From positions 1-64,000 of the IMG/VR virus record IMGVR_UViG_3300020049_016424: a stretch of 64,000 bases of DNA. The stretch is one strand, 5' to 3'. Shown here piece after piece: positions 8,514 to 16,444 of this stretch; within the stretch, counting starts at the first letter, position 1; every line of letters starts with the position of its first letter. The stretch is from a virus. Taxonomy: Duplodnaviria > Caudoviricetes. Below the pieces are notes generated by a model, which searched no databases, had not been told where the DNA came from, and saw only the letters and a program-made list of their open reading frames with translations. The translations under genes and the position numbers were made by a program.

Positions 8514-8854
8514 GTCGTCACCGGGTCCGGCATCTGCACCGGGAACAACCCGCCGACACGGGGCCAAAACCGTGCAGGCATATTCTGCACCCCGCCACGG
8601 GTGTACAGCTGCCCCTCGACGATGTAGCTCTCGTGATCGCGGAGGGTGAGCACCTTCACCGACGACGCGGGACGGCCTCCTGGCGGAACAACCTCTACTA
8701 CTGCGCCGGCGACCAGGGTGCCGGCGTCTCCGGACTCCCAGCCGACCGTATCGCCCTCTCGAAACCGCTGCCCCGGCTGCCGCGGCAGTCGGACGGGCCT
8801 TGCTGGGCACATTTTTCCATTCGAAGAACGTGTGATCATAGTCCACTCGAACAC
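8510..8854 (-). CDS. hypothetical protein (SH3/KOW-like segment)
   Basis: FREGDTVGW...GAVVEVV; first gene after the motif at 8883. Confidence 0.5.
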   Translation of the reverse strand: MFEWTMITRSSNGKMCPARPVRLPRQPGQRFREGDTVGWESGDAGTLVAGAVVEVVPPGGRPASSVKVLTLRDHESYIVEGQLYTRGGVQNMPARFWPRVGGLFPVQMPDPVTT

Positions 8855-8882
8855 GGCGGAGCGAAAGGCCCCGCTGTGATAC

Positions 8883-8913
8883 CTCTTCTACCAGCAGGGG
8901 GCGTGGTTTACGG
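8883..8913 (-). promoter_or_regulatory. bipartite phage promoter-like motif (variant)
   Basis: CCGTAAA-N14-GGTAGAAGAG. Confidence 0.55.
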
Positions 8914-9219
8914 AAGCGCGTCGGCGATGAAACGGGGCACTTTCACCGCGAAGAACCTCTCGAGATCTTGCGCTCGAGCCGCAGCTAAAAAAGCGGCGGC
9001 GAGGCTGTTCGGCAGTCCGTCGACGTGGCGCTGTACGTAGCGCGTGACGCTCGGGAACGCCGTCTCCGGCGGCCCTACGACAGTCAACGGGTGCAGCCCC
9101 GGAACCCGATACACGCCGGCGTCCACCGTGAAACGAATGGCGACATCGACGATCTCTTCTGCAGGGCAGCCATCTTCGTCATTCGGACGGCTGCGGTCGA
9201 GGTGTGCGAACTCAGTCAT
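8908..9219 (-). CDS. hypothetical protein
   Basis: GGAGGAG RBS, 103 aa. Confidence 0.6.
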   Translation of the reverse strand: MTEFAHLDRSRPNDEDGCPAEEIVDVAIRFTVDAGVYRVPGLHPLTVVGPPETAFPSVTRYVQRHVDGLPNSLAAAFLAAARAQDLERFFAVKVPRFIADALP

Positions 9220-9598
9220 GCGTCTCCTCCCAGGACACTCGTTGAACTTTCCCGTAAGGAACGGCGTAGGCCTCCCCCACCGGACGGCGTTGAAGCGGTT
9301 CTCCTACGACGGGGGGTGCTCCGACGCAGGCGTAATGCGCAACCACGGCATCTCGCAGCACGGAGACGCCCCCCTTGTCGAACGTGCACTCGAGGTAGAC
9401 CGTGGGCAGCTGTCGCGGCACCGGGTGCTCCGCACGCGGCTTGATCTGGGCGCGCACGACGGCCTCGAGCTCGAGCTGTGTGAGCACGTCTCCGGGCGTT
9501 TCGCAGACGCAGCACTCCCAGCGCACGGACCCTACCCCCGGCACGGTGCGGGCTCGGTGGGCGGTGTCCTTCTCGCACCAAGCACAGCGGCGTGTCAC
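9212..9598 (-). CDS. Zn-ribbon hypothetical protein
   Basis: CAWCEKDTAH...WECCVCE; GTGA coupling. Confidence 0.55.
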   Translation of the reverse strand: MTRRCAWCEKDTAHRARTVPGVGSVRWECCVCETPGDVLTQLELEAVVRAQIKPRAEHPVPRQLPTVYLECTFDKGGVSVLRDAVVAHYACVGAPPVVGEPLQRRPVGEAYAVPYGKVQRVSWEETHD

Positions 9599-10347
9599 GC
9601 GCGGTCTCCGAGGGCAGCACGCTGTTCGCCGCTCAGGTGTTTGATCTCGCGCAACGCCCACGCACGGTAGTCGGGCGGTACGTCGTCGGGGGTCTTGCCC
9701 TTGTGCTTGCCATACGCGAACACGAAGCCCGCCGCGGTCTTCTCGAGGAAGCCGCTGATCGCGGCGGGCAGGGGCGGCGCTGCGGCGACGTCGCCGCCGA
9801 GGAAGCCGATGAGTACCTTGTAGAGCGCGATGGTGGCCGTGATGTCGGAGATCGCATCGTGCGCGTTGTCGAGCGGTACGCCGTACCTGGTGCACAGCAC
9901 CGCGAGGTTGTAGCGGGCGTCGTGGACGCCGCGGGCTTGGTCGAGACTGATGGCGAGGCACATCGTGTCGACGAAGTGGTAGGCGAGCGCCTTGCTGAAG
10001 ACCGAAGCTGGCACGGAGCGCTTCAGCTTGCCGAGGTCGAAGGGAACGTTGTGTCCGAGCGGCAGCGCGCGGGTCAAGCCCGATGTTTGCAGGAACGTGG
10101 CGACCTGCTCACGAAAGACCTCTTGAGTCGTCGCGCCGCGCGCGTCCCAGCCTTCGCGAGTGTACCCGTTGACCGCTGCGGCACCGGGCGAGACTTCGAC
10201 GTCATCCGCCGGGTGCGCGTAGAACACGCCCTCGGACACCGTCGAGAGGTCCGGAGCGAGACACCGGTACGCCAGGGAGATGATCTGTGCATCGTCGTCG
10301 ATGCCCGTGGTCTCCGTGTCGAATGCGAAGTACTTGATGGTCGGCAT
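9595..10347 (-). CDS. DEDDh 3'-5' exonuclease (DnaQ/ExoX-like)
   Basis: FDTETTG, GHNVPFD and HDAISD motifs; C-terminal YGKHKGKT...VPPDYRAW domain as in ExoX-like proteins. Confidence 0.9.
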   Translation of the reverse strand: MPTIKYFAFDTETTGIDDDAQIISLAYRCLAPDLSTVSEGVFYAHPADDVEVSPGAAAVNGYTREGWDARGATTQEVFREQVATFLQTSGLTRALPLGHNVPFDLGKLKRSVPASVFSKALAYHFVDTMCLAISLDQARGVHDARYNLAVLCTRYGVPLDNAHDAISDITATIALYKVLIGFLGGDVAAAPPLPAAISGFLEKTAAGFVFAYGKHKGKTPDDVPPDYRAWALREIKHLSGEQRAALGDRA

Positions 10348-10350
10348 GGG

Positions 10351-10935
10351 TCACTCGCGGGGGAAGAGGATCTTGCGAACGCGCGTCTCGAGCGCGAACT
10401 TTTCGTGGTTGTTGTCGATGTCGACGTCGGCTTCGAAGTAGTCGATGTGCGTCTCGGACACGTGCGTCCCCCGCACAGATCCTGCGCGGGAGACGCGCAC
10501 CAGCGTAGCGTTCGGGAGGCTGCGCAGCCCCTCGACCTCGTCGGGGAATCGCACGTCGTCGACGGTGACGACGCGCGTGGTCTTCGGCAGCGCTTCGATC
10601 TTGCGGCGCAGGAGGCGCACCCAGATCTGAGGATCGATGGCGCGGTACCCCTCGGTGCCGATGTGCTGCAGGATCCTGCGCCCTGACCACCCAGGGTACT
10701 TCGCGAGCGGCGCTTCCTTGTCGGTCTTGTCCCCGTAGAAGTTCTTCAGGGGCACATCGGGGAACATCTGCGTGCAGAGCTCCCGTAGAGGCTCTGCGAG
10801 GGAGAAAGCGGCCGCACTGCCTGGACGACGCGAGTTCTGCATGGTGCATGCGAAGCCTGCTGCAGTGGTCTTCCCCGCGCCAGCGTAGCCGGTGAATAGG
10901 AGTACTCGAGGAGGGCTAGGTTCGTAATCGGACAT
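10351..10935 (-). CDS. deoxynucleoside monophosphate kinase
   Basis: GYAGAGKT P-loop, SLAEPLR, RRILQHIGTE, DDVRFPDE, HVSET. Confidence 0.88.
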   Translation of the reverse strand: MSDYEPSPPRVLLFTGYAGAGKTTAAGFACTMQNSRRPGSAAAFSLAEPLRELCTQMFPDVPLKNFYGDKTDKEAPLAKYPGWSGRRILQHIGTEGYRAIDPQIWVRLLRRKIEALPKTTRVVTVDDVRFPDEVEGLRSLPNATLVRVSRAGSVRGTHVSETHIDYFEADVDIDNNHEKFALETRVRKILFPRE

Positions 10936-10944
10936 AGGTTCACG

Positions 10945-10973
10945 ATGGTAATACGGGGCTACCGTTTTATCAA
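10945..10973 (-). promoter_or_regulatory. sigma70-type promoter
   Basis: TTGATA-17 nt-TACCAT, 9 nt upstream of the dNMP kinase ATG. Confidence 0.7.
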
Positions 10974-10983
10974 TGGGACGCCG

Positions 10984-10999
10984 CTCGAACCTAAAAGAA
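10984..10999. repeat. 16-bp intergenic repeat, copy 1
   Basis: ctcgaacctaaaagaa also occurs at 14481-14496. Confidence 0.85.
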
Positions 11000-11001
11000 A
11001 G

Positions 11002-11436
11002 GGCCTTCTGGATGTGTCGTCGTAGTCGGGATCTTTTGAGCTCTGGCTCGAGAAGATCGAGAGGGAGCCAGAACCGGCGAGCCGGGGCGCCAGGGAGCGA
11101 GCGCTCTTCTCGAGCCAGAGCTCAAGGGATCGTGGCCATCGCCGCCCGTGAAGAGTGAAGCTCGACGAAACATCGAGCAGCTTGCGTGTGAGCACAAGCC
11201 GTAGTCACGACACATCCAGAAGGCCAAGAGGGGTAGCAGTCGTTGTTCGTACGCTGAGATCAGCCTGATCCCAGCAACCGATACGCATGCAGCACGAGGT
11301 CTGACGAAACATCAGACAGGGGGTGGAAGGGCCCTAGATCAACAACGACGAAGAAGTGCCCCGATGCTTCCGCTGCTCGGGGCCACGCAGCCGTGCCATG
11401 GCGCGCCAACGCCGGCACGTGACGAGGGACGTCTCG
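11002..11436. ncRNA. candidate large structured ncRNA (or structured ssDNA element) with two tandem homologous domains
   Basis: Perfect 19-bp inverted repeat 11002-11020/11207-11225; 27-bp stem 11030-11056/11105-11131; 9-bp stem 11239-11247/11341-11349; two hairpins with the identical loop CGAAACA; no credible ORF. Confidence 0.6.
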
Positions 11437-11442
11437 CCGAAA

Positions 11443-11928
11443 TCAGGACGTGGTGAAGACCCCCGAGGCCTCGCGCGGGGAGCTCTGGGGGAGCGGCGCA
11501 TCGAACCGTGTGAGCCGGAGATGCGCATCGAGCCACACCTCTTTCTGGGCGTCGGGGGTGAGCTCGATGTACTGCGACTCGCGGTAGGCCTTCGCGAGGT
11601 ACCGCGCGTAGGGGTACTTCTCGAGTCGCGCCGTCAGCATCACGCGGGTGGCGTAGAGGCTGTTGTCGAGGCGCGCTTGCTCCTCGGGCGTGAGGAGCTC
11701 GAAGGCCCGCGCACCGAATGCGAGGTAGAGCTGCTCGAGGTACAGCTCGATGAAGTACCACACTGCGTCGCCCGACTGCCCGTCTTGGCAGCCTTTCAGC
11801 ACGCGACGCGCGCTTCGAGTGAGGTTGACCAGGAGCATGTCGAGCGCGAAGTCGTTCTGCAGTTCCTTGCGGGTGCTGCGTGCGAAGTCGCCGATCGCGA
11901 TGGCGCGAGCTGAGGTAGATAGGGTCAT
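11443..11928 (-). CDS. hypothetical helical protein
   Basis: MTLSTSARAI...; immediately downstream of the motif at 11956. Confidence 0.7.
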   Translation of the reverse strand: MTLSTSARAIAIGDFARSTRKELQNDFALDMLLVNLTRSARRVLKGCQDGQSGDAVWYFIELYLEQLYLAFGARAFELLTPEEQARLDNSLYATRVMLTARLEKYPYARYLAKAYRESQYIELTPDAQKEVWLDAHLRLTRFDAPLPQSSPREASGVFTTS

Positions 11929-11955
11929 GGTGGGTTCTTTCTGAGGGTGTATGCG

Positions 11956-11986
11956 TTCTTTTACCCCAGACCCCTGTGGTTTTCGG
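11956..11986 (-). promoter_or_regulatory. bipartite phage promoter-like motif
   Basis: CCGAAAA-N14-GGTAAAAGAA. Confidence 0.75.
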
Positions 11987-11989
11987 AGA

Positions 11990-12565
11990 TCAGCCGGCGT
12001 ACGGAATGCAGTGCTTGAACCGCACGGTGTCATGCTCGTCGACCCATGTCTCGACCGCATAGGCGAACGTGAGCCGGCTTCCGTACGCGGAGGCTACCTC
12101 GTGTGCCCACGTGACCCAGGTCGTCGGAGTCGTCGGCGAAGGCGTGCCGTAGTCCGCCCACGCGAGACCCTCTGCGGTTCTCAGCAGGCACACGACGTGG
12201 CCCTCGAGCACGTTCTTCGAGCCGCGGAACATCGCGATGCCCATGTACGTCTTCTCGACGAGCTTCCCGCGGTGCGCGGCGACCGTCCAGAAGCCCATGT
12301 GGTCTTCGCAGTCCCCGACGCGGCTCTCGTCATCGATCTTCCACTGCACGCAGGCGGGGTGCGTCATCGCCCCCGCCATGCGGTCGGGACGGTACTGCTG
12401 CCCGAACGAGAGCCGCGTCGCGATCTCGAGGAAGGACGACGCGGCGCCCACCGGCGTGTTCGGAGAGAACAGCAAGTAGGCACGCTGCGTCAGGCCGTAC
12501 CAGAGCGCGGTGAAGAACGCAGCGATCTTGCACGCCGCACGGTAGCGCCAGGTTCCTCGGGTCAT
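11990..12565 (-). CDS. transglutaminase-like cysteine proteinase (BTLCP-like)
   Basis: GDCED...GHVVC...WAD gives a Cys-His-Asp triad pattern; hydrophobic N-terminus. Confidence 0.65.
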   Translation of the reverse strand: MTRGTWRYRAACKIAAFFTALWYGLTQRAYLLFSPNTPVGAASSFLEIATRLSFGQQYRPDRMAGAMTHPACVQWKIDDESRVGDCEDHMGFWTVAAHRGKLVEKTYMGIAMFRGSKNVLEGHVVCLLRTAEGLAWADYGTPSPTTPTTWVTWAHEVASAYGSRLTFAYAVETWVDEHDTVRFKHCIPYAG

Positions 12566-12879
12566 TTCTCGTCTCCGGTGGCTGCCTTGGCTTTCGCGCC
12601 ACGCGCGAGCTCCTTCTTCGAAGGACGTCCGGTACGCAGCGCCTTCTTCCGCGGAGGGGAAGGCAGCGGCATCGCCGTGACGCAGGACAGGCGTGTCGCC
12701 ATCGTTTCGAGCGCCGTGTGCTCTTTCTGGTACTGCTCTCGTTCTGCGGCGGTGAGGCGGAGGTTCTTGTCGAGGACGCGGCCGACCTTCTCGCTCGCGT
12801 CGATAAGGCGCCCCTCTGCACGCAGGGCGAGGCTCTGTGTCTGGCGGAGCACCTTCTGTGGGTTGGGGCGCGCGGGCAT
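12562..12879 (-). CDS. basic hypothetical protein
   Basis: MPARPNPQK...; coupled at both ends. Confidence 0.6.
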   Translation of the reverse strand: MPARPNPQKVLRQTQSLALRAEGRLIDASEKVGRVLDKNLRLTAAEREQYQKEHTALETMATRLSCVTAMPLPSPPRKKALRTGRPSKKELARGAKAKAATGDEK

Positions 12880-13268
12880 CAGAGAACGTCCTTTCCGTCG
12901 CTGTCGTAGTAGGCCTGCATGGCCTCGCACACCTGGTCGAACTCGGCGAGTCGCGTCGCAGCGATCTCCGGAGTCCAGCGCGACGCTTCGGCTTCGTACT
13001 GCGGACGCCCGTAGGCCTCGCGCAGGTTGATGGTCAGGAGCGCCACGGCGGCGATGCACTCGTCGTCGCGGTACGCGCCCGCCTTCTTCTGTTGCAGATA
13101 GAACCCGATGAGGTCCTCGTAGAGCTTGCCGGAGCGCTCGACGAACTCTTTCTGCTTGTAGGCTGCGTGCGCGGCACGCGTGGCCTCGGGCGCCGCAGAG
13201 GGGCCGAGCGTCTGGATGGGAGCGTTTTCCTTCGAGAGGAACGCCTGGGCTTTCGGGTCGATGGGCAT
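12879..13268 (-). CDS. hypothetical protein
   Basis: 129-aa ORF. Confidence 0.65.
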   Translation of the reverse strand: MPIDPKAQAFLSKENAPIQTLGPSAAPEATRAAHAAYKQKEFVERSGKLYEDLIGFYLQQKKAGAYRDDECIAAVALLTINLREAYGRPQYEAEASRWTPEIAATRLAEFDQVCEAMQAYYDSDGKDVL

Positions 13269-13292
13269 GGGGGAGATCTCAGGAGTAGTGGG

Positions 13293-13535
13293 TTACTTCT
13301 TCAGCGGCAGCGCGATGTAGTGCACGCATCCGGGCTTGGGCAACGCGCCCTTCACGAGGTACGGCACTGCGGGGAGCCCCGGCGCGACTCGCGTGACGCC
13401 CGGCGGCGTCTGCTGCCCGACAGAGTCCTCGGAGGGGTACTTGCTGAGCTTCGCACACCAGCCGATCTTGGTCGGCTTTTCGCCGCGACGGATGACGTCG
13501 TAGTGCTTGCACGAGCTACATGGGCGGTCGGTCAT
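13293..13535 (-). CDS. small Cys-rich protein
   Basis: CSSCKHY...GWC...GCVHY. Confidence 0.6.
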   Translation of the reverse strand: MTDRPCSSCKHYDVIRRGEKPTKIGWCAKLSKYPSEDSVGQQTPPGVTRVAPGLPAVPYLVKGALPKPGCVHYIALPLKK

Positions 13536-13539
13536 GGGG

Positions 13540-14010
13540 CTACTTTCGGTAGGGGGTGATGCCTGCGTCCCGAAGAAGGACCGCAGTGTAGGGATCGCGG
13601 TCCAGGGCGAGGAGCCCCTGCACGATCTGGAACATGGCGCTGGCGCGGTCGGTGACGCCTTGGATGCGCAGCAACGTCTTGGTGGGGGCGTCGTAGACGA
13701 AGAAGCCCGCCTCGGGCCGCACCGCGCCTTGTGAGATCTCGACGGCGTACCCTGCGAGGGTCTTGAGCGCCGCGGGGTGTTTCAGCGCACCCTTGGCAAG
13801 CCGCGCGAGCGCCTCTCCGGCTGACGCGTCCTCGGAGGACACGAAACCCCCATAGCCGGGTGCGATGACGTGCACGCCGATTTTGGGCCGTGCGAACTCC
13901 TCCTCGATGTCCGCGAGGTTCGGCGCGGGTGTCTGGGGCGCGGCGGTCTTCGCTGCGAGCTTCTCTTCCGCGTCCGCGGCCCAGGGGTTGATGAACTTCT
14001 TGCGGGTCAC
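13540..14010 (-). CDS. hypothetical protein
   Basis: GTGA-coupled start (M)TRKKFINPW. Confidence 0.6.
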   Translation of the reverse strand: MTRKKFINPWAADAEEKLAAKTAAPQTPAPNLADIEEEFARPKIGVHVIAPGYGGFVSSEDASAGEALARLAKGALKHPAALKTLAGYAVEISQGAVRPEAGFFVYDAPTKTLLRIQGVTDRASAMFQIVQGLLALDRDPYTAVLLRDAGITPYRK

Positions 14011-14429
14011 TGGACGACCAGGAGGCTCGAGGACTTCAGCGTGGGGTCGCCGCAGTCGATGTGGACGAAGTGGATGCGGTCCCCGATGAACAGACCGGTG
14101 TCCGTCGGGTCGTTCGGATTCACGCCCCGGCCGGTGACCTGGTAGACGGGCTGGATCATGTGGGACGTGTCGAGACGGCCCTTGCACCGCGCGCAGAGCT
14201 CGAGGGTCGGCTGCATGGCATAGGTCCTGAGTTGAGGGTCGTCGCACCGCACGTGGAGCCAGCGCGGACGGGTGTCTGCGCCGACGAAGAGGCCCACCTC
14301 ATGCAGTTGCTGTGCGCCCGCGAGGAGAGGGCCGGTGTGGTAGCACGGCAGCACGCGCTGACGGTCCGCGAGAAGCTGCGTGCAGCGCAGGCAGCGGTCG
14401 GCGAGGGCTTCGATGCGAATGCTGTCCAC
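14007..14429 (-). CDS. tandem zinc-finger protein
   Basis: CLRC...HVRC and CARC...HIDC, an internal duplication. Confidence 0.65.
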   Translation of the reverse strand: MDSIRIEALADRCLRCTQLLADRQRVLPCYHTGPLLAGAQQLHEVGLFVGADTRPRWLHVRCDDPQLRTYAMQPTLELCARCKGRLDTSHMIQPVYQVTGRGVNPNDPTDTGLFIGDRIHFVHIDCGDPTLKSSSLLVVQ

Positions 14430-14435
14430 GAGGGG

Positions 14436-14464
14436 AGGATACAGAAAGAAGAAGAAAGGGTCAA
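14436..14464 (-). promoter_or_regulatory. sigma70-type promoter, probably leaderless
   Basis: TTGACC-17 nt-TATCCT, then 6 nt to the GTG at 14429. Confidence 0.75.
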
Positions 14465-14480
14465 TCCGTTACGGAATCCC

Positions 14481-14496
14481 CTCGAACCTAAAAGAA
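14481..14496. repeat. 16-bp intergenic repeat, copy 2
   Basis: Identical to 10984-10999. Confidence 0.85.
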
Positions 14497-14514
14497 GGCG
14501 AAGCAGCGCCTTCT
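14490..14514 (-). terminator. intrinsic terminator
   Basis: AGAAGGCG-ctgctt-CGCCTTCT-TTT just after the stop at 14519. Confidence 0.7.
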
Positions 14515-14518
14515 GCGG

Positions 14519-15061
14519 TCAGTGCAGTGTTTCGTCCCCGTCCTCGTCGTCATCCAGGGGACGGCGCGAGAACAGCCGCGGAGTCAGGCCGGAGACGGTA
14601 TCTCGCGGGGCAAAGCCGGAGAACGCGGGCGCGAGGTCTGGGATGGTGCCCGGGCCCCAGGCCTCTCCTGTTGCACGGAAAGGACGTCCGCCAAGCACAT
14701 GCAGCTTCTCGAGATGCTGCTCTGTGTGGGCGATGATCAGGCGGTGCGCCTTGGACAGCATCGGCGGGTCTATGACGCGCCCCAAGATGTACTTCTCGAG
14801 CGTGAGGCAGAGCTCGGGAAACATCGGCCCGAACTCTACCGGCATGTGCGACGCCCAGTACGACAGTTCGAGCTGGTTCGGGCTTTCCTGCTCGACGATC
14901 CGCCACGGGTTCGGAGTCAGCTTCCCGAACCGCACCCACGCCTGGATGAACTCGACGGAGAGCGCCTCGTTGTTGTACTCACGACGCGCGTCCGCGCACG
15001 TGAGGGGGAGTCGGGGCATGGGCAAGATCCAGGGTAGGGGGACTAGGTGGGCGGGATTCAC
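14519..15061 (-). CDS. hypothetical protein
   Basis: 180-aa ORF with an acidic C-terminus, followed by a terminator. Confidence 0.6.
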   Translation of the reverse strand: MNPAHLVPLPWILPMPRLPLTCADARREYNNEALSVEFIQAWVRFGKLTPNPWRIVEQESPNQLELSYWASHMPVEFGPMFPELCLTLEKYILGRVIDPPMLSKAHRLIIAHTEQHLEKLHVLGGRPFRATGEAWGPGTIPDLAPAFSGFAPRDTVSGLTPRLFSRRPLDDDEDGDETLH

Positions 15062-15102
15062 GGCGTAGCTGCGCGAGCAGTTCGGCCGAGATCACCTGCG
15101 TG

Positions 15103-15477
15103 TCATCGCTGCTGCGCGCGGACTTGGATTCGAGGTCGTTGGGCATGGGTGGGGATGGGTTTGGCGTAGACGCGCGAGGGGCGCGGGAAGGCATCGTCGG
15201 CTTCTTGCGGGGCATACGGTACCTGCAGCTGCTTTCTCAACGCAGTGTACTCCTGCAGCGGCATGCGCACGTTGGGATGACGCTCCCAAGGAGCTGGCCG
15301 CTTGGTGCGAAAGCATACGGTAGTGATGAAGGCCATTGCCGTGACGAAAGACACACCAGGCGGGGTGCACCCGCGCAGGGCGATGACCCGCCAATCGGCG
15401 GGGGCTTCGTCAAGGAGTTCCTCGAGCCAGGGCACCTCCTTGTAGCGCAGCGACCGGAAGGTCCGATGCGAGGTCAT
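15103..15477 (-). CDS. hypothetical protein
   Basis: MTSHRTFRS...; ATGA coupling. Confidence 0.5.
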   Translation of the reverse strand: MTSHRTFRSLRYKEVPWLEELLDEAPADWRVIALRGCTPPGVSFVTAMAFITTVCFRTKRPAPWERHPNVRMPLQEYTALRKQLQVPYAPQEADDAFPRPSRVYAKPIPTHAQRPRIQVRAQQR

Positions 15478-15671
15478 CGGCGCGGACCCCTCGGAGGCGC
15501 CTGAACCCGTGCCGGACGCGCGCCGAGCAGCGCCCGCACCTGCTGCCGTTGCTCGTCGTGGGCCTCTTCGATCTGCTTCTGCGTGACCGATTCGAGGGCC
15601 TGCTTGCGTTCTGCGATCGACATGCGCGTCGACCCGTGAAGGATGTCTCTCATCGTGTAGGGAGCTTTCAT
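15474..15671 (-). CDS. hypothetical protein
   Basis: Coupled to the stop of the sigma factor gene. Confidence 0.55.
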   Translation of the reverse strand: MKAPYTMRDILHGSTRMSIAERKQALESVTQKQIEEAHDEQRQQVRALLGARPARVQAPPRGPRR

Positions 15672-16438
15672 GGATTGGGAGCATCACACACCGGCTCTTC
15701 GAGGGGAAGAGGGGGCGCGTACTCGGGGTGGTCACGCCGGAACCAGCCGCGGAGCTTCTTGAGTGCCATGATCTCGAGCTGGGCAACGCGCTGGCGGCTC
15801 ACGCCGAACTCCTGCGCGAGCTCTTCTTGCAGGCAGGGGTCGTCCGCCAGGTGGCGGCGCAGGATGATCGTGCGCTCTCGCACGGGCAGTCCGTCGAGAT
15901 ACCGAAGAATCACTGCCTGAAGCTGCGCAGGCTCGATGAGGGCATCCGGCGCAGGGTTCAGGGCAGGACTCTCGGTGTATTCCCGTTCGGGCTGCGCGAA
16001 GACCTGCGCGAGGGTGTCGGCGTCTTCGAGCTCGATGCCGAGTCCCTGCAGATCTTCGGAGGACGGGGTCCCCACCCGGAAATAGGCGTAGAGCGCCTGG
16101 CGTGCGGCAGCACTCGCACCCAGAGATACGACGCGCAGGTGCTTGTACCGGTGCTTGCGGACGTACGCGGCGACCCACCACTGCGCGTAGGTCGTGAAGG
16201 CACAGTTGCGGGTGTGATCGAACCTGCTCACGGCGTGAATCAGCCCTAGAGCCGCGGCCTGCCGCAGGTCGTCTCTCGTGGACACAGAGACGCGTTTGTA
16301 CCGCCGGTCGACGTAGGCAATCGCGTAGGGCAGGTACCGCCGCGCCAACTCTCCGTGGTTCTTTCCTTCCCAAAGCGCCCACTCTTCTTCGCGAGAGAGC
16401 CGGGTTTGTGCGTAGACCTTGTCGCCGTAGTTTCGCAT
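15668..16438 (-). CDS. RNA polymerase sigma-70-family factor
   Basis: Region 2 DDLRQAAALGLIHAVSRFD...AFTTYAQWWV; region 4 LPVRERTII...ELAQEFGVSRQRVAQLEIMALKKLR. Confidence 0.92.
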   Translation of the reverse strand: MRNYGDKVYAQTRLSREEEWALWEGKNHGELARRYLPYAIAYVDRRYKRVSVSTRDDLRQAAALGLIHAVSRFDHTRNCAFTTYAQWWVAAYVRKHRYKHLRVVSLGASAAARQALYAYFRVGTPSSEDLQGLGIELEDADTLAQVFAQPEREYTESPALNPAPDALIEPAQLQAVILRYLDGLPVRERTIILRRHLADDPCLQEELAQEFGVSRQRVAQLEIMALKKLRGWFRRDHPEYAPPLPLEEPVCDAPNP

Positions 16439-16444
16439 GGGGAT

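Noticed and set aside
10959-11227. Short ORFs on both strands (10959-11195, 10973-11158, 10991-11227)
   Set aside because: They share peptides such as AFWMCR and LSSGSRR only because of the inverted repeats, and lack the coupling or RBS seen for real genes here
11002-11436. tRNA, tmRNA, RNase P or 6S identity for the structured element
   Set aside because: No TTCGA T-arm with an acceptor end, no tag ORF, no GAGGAAAGUCC, and it is multibranched rather than a 6S-like rod; an Rfam search is still needed
11299-11442. Hammerhead ribozyme suggested by CTGACGA/GAAA
   Set aside because: CTGACGA runs straight into AAC with no room for stem II, and the later GTGACGA...CGAAA lacks the CUGA core and stems I and III
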